DNA of 63,011 bases, the filler included, from Reticulomyxa filosa (Eukaryota; Protista; Foraminifera), in assembly GCA_000512085.1 (NCBI GenBank). It is 19 parts of 19 records of this genome, joined end to end, with 100 filler letters (N's around TTAATTAATTAA, not from the genome) between each part and the next. Parts side by side here need not be neighbours in the genome. Positions count along the whole stretch, not along the records: positions 1 to 20,174 come from ASPP01020293.1; positions 20,275 to 22,316 come from ASPP01029393.1; positions 22,417 to 25,335 come from ASPP01008106.1; 16 more parts are not named here. One strand, written 5' to 3'. Of the stretch, positions 11,201 to 23,828 are shown in pieces; position 1 is the first letter of the stretch; each line of letters starts with the position of its first letter. The notes beneath the pieces are model-generated. The model searched no databases, was not told the origin of the DNA, and saw nothing but the letters and a program-made list of their open reading frames with translations. Position numbers and translations under genes: made by a program.

Positions 11201-14200
11201 AAGCGTTTAGGAACAGAGTACAATCGGCTTCATGATCAGAAGTCTTGCCATAGAGTTTCCAATAGAAAGCTCCTCCACGACTGGCAATATTTTTTGTCAA
11301 ATTGGTGTAATAGAAACCCATACACATTTGATAAGGTGCGACTTGGGACAATTCTCGATAATGTCCCCCTCCGTAACTACCGGCAACATTTCCTTGAAAT
11401 AGAACCTGAGATGATGAAAACACAGCATTCTGCATCCAAACACCTCCACCGTCTTGTTCTGCGATATTTTTGGAAAGTACGGTTCTGACCAATTGCAAAT
11501 TGCCCCAGTTTACATATGCTCCTCCTCCGTGGATAGATGCATTATTACCATATAACAGACTGTCTGTGAATCGAATGACTGATTTGAACGTGGTTTGGAC
11601 TTGACTGTTAAGTGCCATTGATACGCCTGCACCGTATTTTGCGCTGTTGTTCGTCATCGTTACTTTGTTGAAATCCACAGCGCCAATAAATGGCAAATCT
11701 GATAGACTGCTGGACACTCCAAAGTATCCACCAAATGCCCCTCCGTATTCACCTCCACTGTTATAGTCGAACGAGGTATTAAACACGCCCACACTCAAAT
11801 AGTTTTCCATATTCCATTTTCCTTGAATATTCATTGCTCCACCGTTCTTACCTGCCTTGTTTTCTTGGAACACACAGTTATCAATTTGGACATTGGGCGC
11901 AATCCAATTGTACAAACGTTTTATAAGCACTTTATAAGGCTTTGTCGAGGTTTTCCTTTGCACGGCCAAGCAATAGCTTCCTTTGGTCAAATTTTGAATA
12001 GTAAGTGAGACTGCTTTACTGCATTTTGTGCTGGAAGAAGGGGCAAATGAAATCCAATGTTCTTGATTTGTAGATGTAACAGAGATATTTGTTTGATTGA
12101 GAGGTATCAAAATGTAATCTTCATAAAACAAGCAAAAGGAGTTAAGTGTTTCAAATACTGTATCCATTCCTAAGTGCAAGTTTGCGCTTCTTGGGCTGTA
12201 CTGTGTGATATTGCACAAGTTCCAAAATCGCTGAATCGTGTCTTGCTGTGAAGAATTCACATGATTTAAGCCAAACAATTTGAAAGGTTGATCAAATTCG
12301 CTTCGATACAGTTGGAAACCAACTTCCTTTTTTTTGGAGGTCGGATTGGTGTTGGATGCGGTTGGAGCTGCAACAGTAGGTACTGTTGTTGGCAATGGGG
12401 TCGTTGGTTGTTTGTCTTTAACCATGTCAATGGTATAATTGGCTCCTGTCTTAATCACAAAATTATGAGGAATCTTGGTTGCTACTCGGATTGGGATATT
12501 AACATGTACTACAGCAGGTGTTGGTTGCTGCGTTGGGCTAATGGTTGGTGCTTGTGTTGGGATTTGTGTGTAATGTACTAATGAATTAAACGTCATCGAA
12601 TATGATCCTTCAGAGCTTGATTGCAATTGATACAAAACAGCATTCGACAACATGGTTGTAAAGACACTTTGTTCAAGATTTTCATATGGAGTTTTCGTGT
12701 CATTCACTTCGACTGTTGTAATAAAGGTAATGGTCTTGTTGGAAACAATTCGATAAACAAAACGCTGTGTTTTGCCTGATAACAGTTCATTCAATGAGCT
12801 AGAAATCTTTGATTCGAGTGAAGCAAAGGCTGACTGATTGATATTGTTCATCGTTGCATTGATGTCGATTCGTTGGACAGAAGACGAGGATTTGGTTGTG
12901 TTGTGCACGTCCGAATTACTAAACACAATTGCACGCGCTCCGAAATGATAAAAAGATTCGACTAATTTCACCCAATTACAAGTAGATGGAAGACGAAGGA
13001 AAGTTACAACTTTGGTCAAATCCGAATCAGTGTTTGTGTAGTTGCATCCTTGATCCAATATCAATATCTTCATTGGGACTTTATGAAAAGCGTAATACTT
13101 TGTTCCCAATTCAAAAGGTTCAGAAGGGATGAGTTCAGCACTGGTGACATTATAAAATTTGAGTTTGATATAGCTTTCATCGTATCCCCAATCTTGACAA
13201 ATACTCGATTGACAGATAACAGGAGCATATGTTCCATCGAATGCTTTACAAACAAAAGGTACCAATTCGGATTGATGGAGTATATTGCAATAGGAAGAAT
13301 TACTATTCCAATTAGTAAATTCATCATTTACATCTGCAACGTGGTAAGCTTGGTTACTTGCAACAACTAATGGCAATGATTGGCCCTCAAAGACTTTGTT
13401 GAAACTCAAGGATACATTCAAAGCGTCGATCGTCGAATTGGAATTCAAATTTCCCTGCACCAACGGACAGCGGGAAATGATATCCAAAGCATTATTTAAA
13501 ATGGTGGTATCGTTAGTGTCATTCCAAAAATATTGCCAATTCAATGTACTTGACAGCGAAGGATCAGCCCATAGGCACAACACAGCAAGCATATGTTTCA
13601 ATATATCACTGCCACCCAATCGCTCTGGATAACAATAGCGACCGCTGCGGATACATTCAGTGTTGTTTGTTTTTGGATACATCGAAAACACATTAGAGAA
13701 AGTAATATCTACAACCAATCGATTATCCATTAATTTAAATAGTTGATTTTTCATGTCCAATAAAAGATTTGATCCACTGCTGTCGTGGATTGTGGCTCCC
13801 ATAGTAATACTTTTGTAAACATTTTTCCAAGATTTTGGATTGCAAATTTCAATTGTTTCAGAAGGTCCATAGTCTCCGTGTGAAGGCGAAATAAATGTGT
13901 GATTATTCCATACTATCGACCATGTTCCATCTCCATAGCCTAAACCATCCCCAAACGAATCTTTAATTGTAAACTGTAAACAGGTTTCATTTGTTGAAAT
14001 GCAAGTTGAGTTTGCATAGTTTCCTGTGTGGCTAGTGCCATTGTTTCCTGTCAATTTCCATGAAATATCCCCCGTGTGAAAAGTGTCTCCCGTGATCAAC
14101 AATTGAATGTTGCACGGCTCTCCGTCAATAGTTTCTACTAGTCGCCTTGATGAGATAGATGGCGGAGATGTCGGGCTAAATGTTGGAGGAGATGTTGGAG

Positions 14201-17200
14201 GAGATGTCGGGCTAAATGTTGGAGAAAATGTCTGTTTGGTAAATGCGCTTGTGTCCGTCACGTTCACATCAATTGTATCAAAGTCAGTACTAATATATAA
14301 ACATCCACCACCAAGTCCGCATTGATTGTTGATGAATTTACTATTTTGTAAATGCAAAACGTCATCGCTGCTTATATTGCCATTTTTTTCAAATATCATA
14401 TCGGCCACCCGTGTAATGTACATACATCCTCCATTTCCATTTACGGCTTTGTTATTGAGGAACGTGCAATTATCCATTGCCACAGTCGAGTGTTCTGCCC
14501 ACATATTACCACTTAATTGTGTCACACTGTTGGATACAATGACATTTGTCATTTTCAAGCTCGAATATTGGAAATGTCCATTACCAGCGTATCCTTGGCA
14601 CTTATTTCCATCCAAACTATTTTGTTTTTTTGTGATCCCATTTTTTTTATTGATTTTTACCTATTTTTTTTTACAAGAGATAATTCAAAACTGGACATTT
14701 TCTATCTCTAGTTGAGTGCATTTTGAAGACATAGCTGCAATTGCCACAATTGCGCTATTGTTTCCGATGAATGTATTTTGAATTCGAACGAATGCCTTGG
14801 GCTTCATGTCTGCACTGCAACTCCAAAAAGCACCTACACTGGAAGCAGCTCCATCATTGCTTGAAAATTTGCTTTTGTCGATAAACAGGTTAGTATTACC
14901 AAAATTGTTATCCATGAAAAATCCACCCATGCCAAGGGCCAAATTGTTAACCGCTGCACAATTAGCAAATTTTATTAATGTTGTTGTCTGATCAATGCTA
15001 GTTGAACCAGGTACAACTCCAATTAAATCGAATGATACATTCAATTTTTGACTTTTACCCATGTTCATGTAAGCAATCAATTCAGTTGCATTTAACACTA
15101 ATTGCAATGCAGTTTCACTCGCAAGAGCGCCTTGTTTAATATCAAACACTACGATATGCGGATATCCAAGTCCATATTGAGAAATATTTGCAATTTTTTG
15201 ATTATTAGAACTGATCAGCTGCAAGTGACTATCGTCCCAAGAATAGATTTTGTTAAATAACAAGTCGGTATCACTTGACAAGATCAAATACAGCCTTTGG
15301 ATATTTCCACCATAATAGCTGTCAACATTTATATCGAAAGGATATGTCAGTGCTGTCTTGTTAACTGACAACGGTAAACTAGGAGATGAATACAACAAGT
15401 CCACATATTGATGAGTGTTGATATAGGATATCGATCCAAACACAGCTTGATTGCTATCAAAACGATTATTGGTGAAATGAACTTGTTGTTTGTTAGGATC
15501 AGATGTAACTCCCAATCCAAAAGCTCCACCACCGACAACACCTTTATTAGAAAGCCATTTAACACGATCTATGTCCAGTGTACTTGCATGTTCTGCGTAC
15601 ATACCACCTCCAATTTTTCCCTTGTTTTTGGAGAATGTTGACTGTTTTATGCGAATATCTTCGACGCAACCAACATACATAGCACCTCCATATTCAGTTG
15701 CATAATTATTTTCACTAGTAGCCTCATATATTTCATGTGCACTTCGCAAGGCCATGGCACCACCAAAAGTACTATTGTGCACAGAAAAGTTGGTCTTCAT
15801 AATTTGGATTAATCCTGTTGCCGTTGATATACCACCACCTAATTGGGCTTGGTTACCGAAGATGTTACTTTGAACTACTCGTGTGGTCATGTTTGAACTG
15901 TAGTCCTTGCATGTACAAGCGCCCAAAGTGTAAGGTAAATCAGATCCTTGACACTCAAATGAAGTGATAAATATGGCACCTCCTTGGGATCCTCCATCAT
16001 TTGTTTTGAATTCGGAGTTCATAAGATTTAGTTGTCCCTATGTGTAAACATAAACAATTGTACAACGTAGATAATGAAGAAAGCAAATATAACAATAACA
16101 AAAAATTTTTAGCATTATATTCACTTAACTTTTGAAAGACTTTCAGTTAGCCACGCAATAGCACCACCTCCATGAGTTTCATCAAAGGATGTCTCACGTA
16201 TACTATTACTTGTAAACAGTGTTTTTTCCACTAGCATACTTATCGTACTTGATTCATTCAAGACGATTTCATTGCCGCTGTCGTATTCCAACCAATGTCT
16301 CGAAACCGCCAGTGCACCTCCATATTTGCTTGCCTTGTTGTGAAGAAATTGAATACTCTCAAAATCTATCATTCGAGCTGCTTCTGGATGCACTGTGTTC
16401 ACTAAGTGACATATTTTTGTTGATGTATTATAATGTCCTAGGTCCTTTCTAACTCCTCTTGCATGTTTTTTATTGTAGACGAAATAGTAACAAAGTACAA
16501 ACATAGCATATACCTTGGAATTGTAAAAATTCATATTTGGTTGCCTCGACATTTATAAGCAAATTTAGAATATGAATAGCTCCACCACCATAAATGGCAG
16601 TGTTAGAATCAAACAATGTACTATTGTTTATAAATGTGTTACAGTCTGTTTGACTTCTCAATTCGGAAATTGCAATAGCACCACCAAAATCAGCACTATT
16701 ACTTTGTATATTTAATCGTTGCATCTGTAAACAAGTGCTGTGAGCAACAATTCCACCACCACGATATTGAGCAGTGTTATTGGAAACACTGCCATTAACC
16801 ATTTTCAACACATAACAGTTGGACACAATTCCTCCTCCCAAACCAAATGGTGCGCTATTCAAATTGAAATTGCTATTTTCTATGTAAAATACTGGATTCA
16901 TTTTTGTTGAAGTGTTGGAACATTGATCCGGATTATGAACAAGAGCTCCACCACCAGCTACCGAAGCATTGTTTCCGCTAAATACTGACTGTTTGGAGTC
17001 AATTGATATTCCTTGTAAAAACATGCCACCTCCATAAGGAGCAATATTCCACTGGAAATGGCTAATTTGGACCGTAACTTTTCCAGATATGCTTTGATTC
17101 TCTCCCACATGTTCATTTACTCCAGGCACAATTTTTACAAAAGCTCCTCCTCCATACCCACTGGCAGTGTTTCGAAGGAAAGAGGAGTTTACAATGCTGA

Positions 17201-20174
17201 CAACAGGGCGAATATAAATGGAATTATTGTAATAAAAGGACAGGGCACCTCCCAAAACCGCATGATTTGTTTCAAATATGGACGAAAGTACTCGATACAC
17301 ACTAAAACTATTATTGAAGCTGCTATCAAAAACGCAGCCATAAGTACCACCAACATTACTTTTAAACAATGACTCGCTAATTGTTACATCTGCCACTTGG
17401 GTCATCAAAAACGACGATATGTTTCCCTGTATTTTTCAATCAAAAAACAAAAACATCCAATCACTATTTCACTTTTTTAAAATCGTTTTCTTAACTTGAT
17501 TATTGCCTAACGAACTCGATTTCAGCAACAACACAGAACAATAGGCGTAAATTATAGCAGTGGAATAATTATTGCTATCGAAGGTGCTACCAGTAACAAT
17601 AAAATGTTGTGCATACGTTGACGACGTATCAAGGTCCAACAGTGAACAATCATTTCGTGAAAACGTGTCCAAAATAACTAAACTGCTGGAATTTTCCTGC
17701 ATTTGTACATTGTCGAGCCAATGACACGAATAAAGTTCGATTTTGTGAGAGGCAATACCATTGAATAAATAATACAAAACAGTTCCTTTGTTCGATTGAC
17801 TAGTTACGCTCGTTAAAATTAATTCAGTCAAAAAAACGTTTTGTGTGTTTGTTGTTTCCTCGTCTTCTACAATGCCAATAACATCCGTATTGTTAGTGAA
17901 AAACGAATCCGAAATACTTATATTGGCCAACTTATTTTTGTTTCGATTCAAATTATTAAGTAAAATAAGCGGCTTGGAAGTGAAGTGATTAAGAGAATGT
18001 TGAAAACGACAAAGATGTAACGAGCTGTTAAATAACCATGGATGGTAGGTAGGAACATTAATTATCAAAGCGGTTTGTAAATGGTAATAAGAAAAAGTGC
18101 ACTGAGAGAAGTAAACTTGATGAGCAAAGGAAGCATGAGTATCAGTGCCACTTTCAAAAGAAAAAGTAATTTTAGAGAAATTACTGGAAGACCAAATAAT
18201 TTGATCATAAGATTGTACATTCATATTAACACCAAGATTACTCCATTGCGATGTAAATTGACAATTAGTTGCAGTTAATTTTGTTCCAAAAGTACTAGAA
18301 CGAGTGTCATTTAAATAAATTACATCACTTCCATAAGTAATAATATTACTTAATTGAATATTACTTATTTGAGAATTAACTATTAAGCGATGGTTATTAA
18401 TTGTGGATGAAGATAAAATTAATGAAGCATCTTTTATATTTATTAATGAATCACTTACATTATTACTAGTAAAAGTATTTTGTAATGCATCTAATAAAGG
18501 AGTATATGTTGATAAATCAGGTCCACTCATTTGAATTATGTTCCATACAGTATTTTCTGAAAATATATTAGTTGTTAATTGGACAACTGGACCCAAAATA
18601 CATGCATTTGACCAATGATCGCTTCTCCATTTAATTATCCATTCAACTTTATTGTTTTCAAAAATATTATCAACTAATAATATACGAGGTTGAGAAATAT
18701 CATTGAAATTATTTGCAATTAATTTCCAGTCCATTACTGCAATTTCTCCAATCATACTCAAAAATGATGATTTTTCGATTTTTACCCAAGGTCGATATGA
18801 GTTATTTACTAAACTAAAATCAATGTCTGTCAAATGTAATGACGCACTAGTAGTGAAATCTTTAAATATCACATTATCAATCCATATATTTGCGGTTGTT
18901 GGTTGAGTTGACATTTTCTTTCCACTTGCCCCAAAAGACATGTTTACATAAGCTTGTGTAAAATTACTTGCATTAATTAATATTGTATCTGTTGGTTGAA
19001 TGTTGTATATTCGGATCATTTCCAATGATGATGATAATGATTCGTCATTAAATGTGCAATGATGAATTTTGATACTCATTGAATTAGTCTTTGTAACATT
19101 CACTCGTTTTATATTTAATCCATGAACAAATGATTCGAATATCATTCCTTCCATTGAAATACTATTGCAATCTTCACAATACAAATATTCCGAGTTATCT
19201 TCTATTAACATGTTATTATGGACTGTATCAATTTTTCCATATAATTCAATCCATTTATTTGTTTGTAAGTTGTTCCATTTGTTATTATTTAATAAAAATG
19301 TTACTGGATTTCCATTTGTAGTTAATTGGATTAAAAATGGTGATGCATGATTATTTTTATAATTTTTAAATGTGTTATCCACAAAATCAACGTGAGATCT
19401 TCTATTATTTTGGTTATCACTATACCAATTTCCAATCATTGTTGTTGTTTCAAATGTATTGTGTGATATATTCAATTGTATTGATGTGTTTTCCGCTTTT
19501 GTTGTTTGATGAAAGAATAATGACGTTGTGGATACTTCTTTAAAAACATTGTCCATTATTATCGCATTAATTGTTTGATTTTTAAATGCTGTATCATCTT
19601 GTTCTAAATAAATTCCATAATGCACACGTAAACTGTCGATAGCGTTATTGGTAATTTTGATGATATCTCCACTACCTACGTCGTGAGCATAGACAAATGC
19701 GATTGCAGTGTCATTTTTTTCTGTATTCGTGTCTATGCATGTTTCGACTGTGCTCAGGTGCGACAAACTTTCGGTGCTTCTTTTGATGTCTATGATGGAA
19801 GGCCCATAGTTAGTCGAAATATATGTGTTTTGTGCCATTTTGAAAGTGGTATCAATGAACATAAGACATTGTGTTGCAAACGTGTTGCTGATACTGTCTG
19901 TACTGCAATTATTGTTGATTAATTGCAATTGTTTCATCCATATTCTGTGGTTCATGAATCGCATCAAATAATTACCTCCAGATCCAATTGCATTACTTAT
20001 AAAATTGACTCGCTCCCATTCCATAACACCTGTAACATCCCATTGATCCGTGTTGGTTGGACAGGCAAGGGTTGATGGAATTCCTTCCCAACTGGTGTTT
20101 GACTGTTGACTGTCAAAAAGTGTCCCAATGTTATTTTCAAATAAAGTTGAATTTATTTTTAACCAAGTGTTTGT
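8226..20174 (-). CDS. Giant (~3,880 aa, 5'-truncated) Pmp-repeat/beta-helix surface protein with VSR-like and PA modules, Cys-rich region and ~8-9 TM C-terminal domain
   Basis: Five ORFs join in frame through GT-AG introns (17495-17427, 16513-16438, 16129-16038, 14691-14617). Many FxxNxA..GGA(I/L/M) repeats, PT/SP linkers, a CxPGYY..CxxC..GEY Cys-rich block, multiple hydrophobic helices and an acidic tail. Confidence 0.8.
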
Positions 20175-20274
20175 NNNNNNNNNNNNNNNNNNNNNNNNNN
20201 NNNNNNNNNNNNNNNNNNTTAATTAATTAANNNNNNNNNNNNNNNNNNNNNNNNNNNNNNNNNNNNNNNNNNNN
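20175..20274. other. Artificial contig spacer N44-TTAATTAATTAA-N44 (first of 18)
   Basis: Equivalent 100-bp spacers start at 20175, 22317, 25336, 27606, 31005, 32976, 34677, 36153, 37491, 45208, 46506, 49574, 51453, 53608, 54844, 58448, 59783 and 61826. The core gives stops in all six frames. Confidence 0.98.
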
Positions 20275-21901
20275 GCCATCAGTCTGCTTTCTAACATTGA
20301 AACAAAATTCAACACTAACCAAGGACTTTTTCTTCTCAAAGCGAGTAAATAAATCATACCATTTGCCATCGATTCTCTTCATTGGAAAACTCCACACAAG
20401 ATAGGGCATGACACCTGTTTTATTTTCCAATATTCGAACTCGATCGCCGACAGCCACGTCAAAGAAATTAGCCACCGTGCTTTTTGCGCGTCCATGCCAG
20501 GCTTTGTCGTCTTCGTTTTCGTCTTCGTTTTTATTCACTTCTGCTTCTTCCTCGCGTTTTCGTTCTTTATCTTCGATCGTTTTTTTGATCTCGTCCAAAG
20601 GTATTTCGCCATTGCTTCTGTTCACTGGCCGAGTATCTTCCTCGTATTGTCTTTCACGAGTATTCATTGTTTTCTGTACACTGTATTGAAACACGCACAA
20701 ATATGATAACACAAGATAAGTAGATTCTTTTTTTAATGTTACTGTGAACTTGGAGTATTTCTTCCACCATGATCATCGATCTACCAATTATCGAGTTCGG
20801 GTCCCGTTTCTCGCTGCCACTAAAGTCAGTCCACCGACCAATTTCACAACACCTTTACGAACACGGTCGCCAACTTTGACTCTTTTTGCTTCTTGTGTTG
20901 GTCCTACCACGCTCGCCGTTGGTAACCCCCACGACACGGAATTTTCCGTCATGCACCCTTTTCTCCGTTATGGCCCCTTTCTCCGTTATGGCCCCTTTCT
21001 CAGTCATGTGCCCCTTTCTCTAATGTGCCCCTTTCTCCATTGATCAACTACAAAATGATCATGTCCATAAATCCAATGAACTTGACATCGCTTCATTTGC
21101 AACGAATCATTTTCACTTTGTTGACGAACTGGAAGCGGTAGTGGACTCCGTCGCACTGGTCCAAGCACAAGCAGCAAAACTCGCCCAAAGCGTCGGATCG
21201 GTCTTGGCAATGCGAATGGCCATGAATTCTTGAATGGTCTGCACTCGTCCAACTCAATGGCAATGGCAATTTGATATTTGGAATTAACTTTCATCGTAAG
21301 CAAATTGTGCAGCATCTTTGTTCGAACATGCTCCTATTAAAAGCATCTGGGCCAATAGTCGGTGGGCAGAATTCGATGGTATTTCTCAGTAAACAATATG
21401 TTTACATTTTTTTCATTTACTATCAAGCGTTTCTTTTCTTTCTTTTTATTATATAGCTCCACATCCAATCGTTATTTTTCTTGCAAGTATTCGGTCGTCA
21501 TTGAAATTCGCCATCCTTGCAAGCGTTCAATTTCGTATAGCTGCCCCTTTATATGTGGATCACTGCATTTGATATTGCCTTCTTTGTGCAAAATCAAATA
21601 ACGCGTTTCGAAATATCTTCAATCTTTGCATTTACGCCAACAAATCTATTATTGACAAAAACAAATTAATTATAAATAATAATAAGTATACATATAAACA
21701 TATAATATTTATTATTACAAGCAGATAAACACAAAACCAAATAACAATAGTTTCATCATTGCCAGTCGATCGGTGATTCAAATGAAACGAAAGTTGGCCG
21801 ATCAGCAAATCAATCATTTGATATAAACACGCGCCAGACATCGACTTTGATGATTTTTTTTGGAGCTGCATTCTTTTTTGTTTCGATTTAGGCTCCTCCA
21901 T
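20275..21901 (-). pseudogene. Disrupted multi-CAP-Gly-domain gene
   Basis: Fragments VGDRVRKGVVKLVG, FDVAVGDRVRILENKTGV, IAIELDE and DQW..GxHDGK lie in different frames, separated by stops and frameshifts. Confidence 0.55.
20951..21040. repeat. Imperfect ~18-bp tandem repeat (atggcccctttctccgtt-like, ~5 copies)
   Basis: Visible directly: atgcacccttttctccgtt / atggcccctttctccgtt / atggcccctttctcagtc / atgtgcccctttctcta / atgtgcccctttctcca. Confidence 0.85.
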
Positions 21902-22416
21902 TTTTTATTTGCTTTGTCGACCGGAGCAAAAAAAAAAAAATATAAAACATTACTAATGTCGTCTCATTATCGAGAACGACGAAATATTATTCTTTAAATG
22001 CTGCTCTAATGCGCACTTCAATATTTTTTTTTATCTTATTTTCTTTTTTTTTTCCTTTTTTTTATTTTATTTTTTTCTTTTTTACCATTGCCATTTGTTT
22101 TTTTTTTTTCCTTTTACAATATTTTTTTCTTCTCATTTTTATTTTTTTCATTCTAACAATTCTTTTTTATAATCATTTTTGCACTTTTTTTTTCCCATCC
22201 CTTTTTCTTTTCTCCACATTTTTCTTTTCTAACCCTTTTTCTTTTCCCAAATTTCCCATCCACATCAAATAGAAAAATAAAATAAAAAATAAAAATAAAA
22301 CATGAAAAAATTGTGTNNNNNNNNNNNNNNNNNNNNNNNNNNNNNNNNNNNNNNNNNNNNTTAATTAATTAANNNNNNNNNNNNNNNNNNNNNNNNNNNN
22401 NNNNNNNNNNNNNNNN

Positions 22417-22456
<40 letters not shown>

Positions 22457-23349
22457 GCAACAATGGTGGACAAGAGAAGAATAAAAAAATAACAATAGAA
22501 GAAGCATATGCAACGAATGAAACAAATGATGAACAGGACGCAGTGATGATGGTAAACGAAAAGAGTCCATTTTCCAGCTATGGCAGTGACGACCGTAAAC
22601 AAGAACCTTTCACTGACTCTCCACAATTGTCTGCTTTGCAAGTGCCACAAGACTTGGACAGCGCGATGAAAAAGTCCAAATCGGGTAACACTTCGCCATG
22701 GAGCCCTTTGCCCAGAACCCCAGTGCTGCCAACGGTCGATAATAATGTTGTTTCCCCTTCTCGACTGAAGGTGACTGACGGTCATAAAAACAGTGTGGTG
22801 CTGGACATTGCAATAACTATTCCAGGCTTGGAACTGGCCGTGCAACCCCATTCACACCACCATCAACATACCTTTACTCCAACATCTGTCTCTGCATTAG
22901 AACTCTCTACAGTTCCTTCCTTCCATCCTGAAAAAAGCGTGGATGATGCTGTCATCATTTACAATCAATCGAGCAATAACAACAACGCCAAAGACTTGCA
23001 ATCCAATGACCATTTGAAAAAAGCACTGTCTTTGCACAACAAAGACTCGAACAGTGTCATCCATCAATATCACACACATGGAGATGACAAATCTATCATT
23101 CGTTACGAAGATCCAGAAAAACAAGCTCGATCTGCTTTATTACGAGTGTTTGATAGAGCTGCTGAAGAAGTTATGTGTTTTACTTTCCTTTTTTTTTTTT
23201 GTTTTTTTTTTTTAACACATTTTAACAACCATTTTGGCAATTGTACATAGACTTATGAATTAATGTCTCGTGACAGCTTTTCTCGATTTGCAACAACCGA
23301 AGAGTTTGGTCGTTTTATCAAAAAATATATGCATATTTTGCGACGATGA
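22417..23349 (+). CDS. RGS-domain protein, C-terminal part (5'-truncated)
   Basis: Intron 23170-23250 yields LLRVFDRAAEE|TYELMSRDSFSRFATTEEF, matching the RGS terminal helices (FD.A...LM..DS..RF). Preceded by a long low-complexity stretch. Confidence 0.75.
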
Positions 23350-23828
23350 TTATCTTATAATAAAATATATACATATACATATATATATAAATTTTTTTTT
23401 CTTTTCTTAACCATTGAAAGTTTTTTTTTTCTGTTCTCAAAACTGTAATGTCACCCATTGTTACTTATTCAAAATAGTTTCAAGTGTTTTTTTCCTTTTT
23501 GTTTACCTATCCCCTTGCTTGGGTTTGTACAACGAAATGTATCAACTATATTTGCTTTTCCTTCTGTCAAAAATTTGTTTAAAAAAGTTTGTATATTGAA
23601 TTGAAATATTCAACTGACACTGAATTTGGAATGAAAGAGAAAAGCAAATAGCGCGCGGGGTTTATCTTTTTCCGTCAAAATTTTGTGCAAACAAAAGCAA
23701 ATGCAAAAAAAAAAAAAAAAAAAAACAAAACCAAATATAATTGCCAAGTCACATTGTTAAACATGTAAACGGTTTAAATTGTTCACAAGTCGCAAAAAAT
23801 GTACACAACATCTCATCCAAGTCGAGTT

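Noticed and set aside
8234-19922. Numerous short plus-strand ORFs opposite the giant gene
   Set aside because: Antisense shadows of a long coding frame, with no recognisable motifs.
20951-21040. CRISPR-like array
   Set aside because: Head-to-tail 18-bp units with no unique spacers, in a eukaryotic context with no cas genes.
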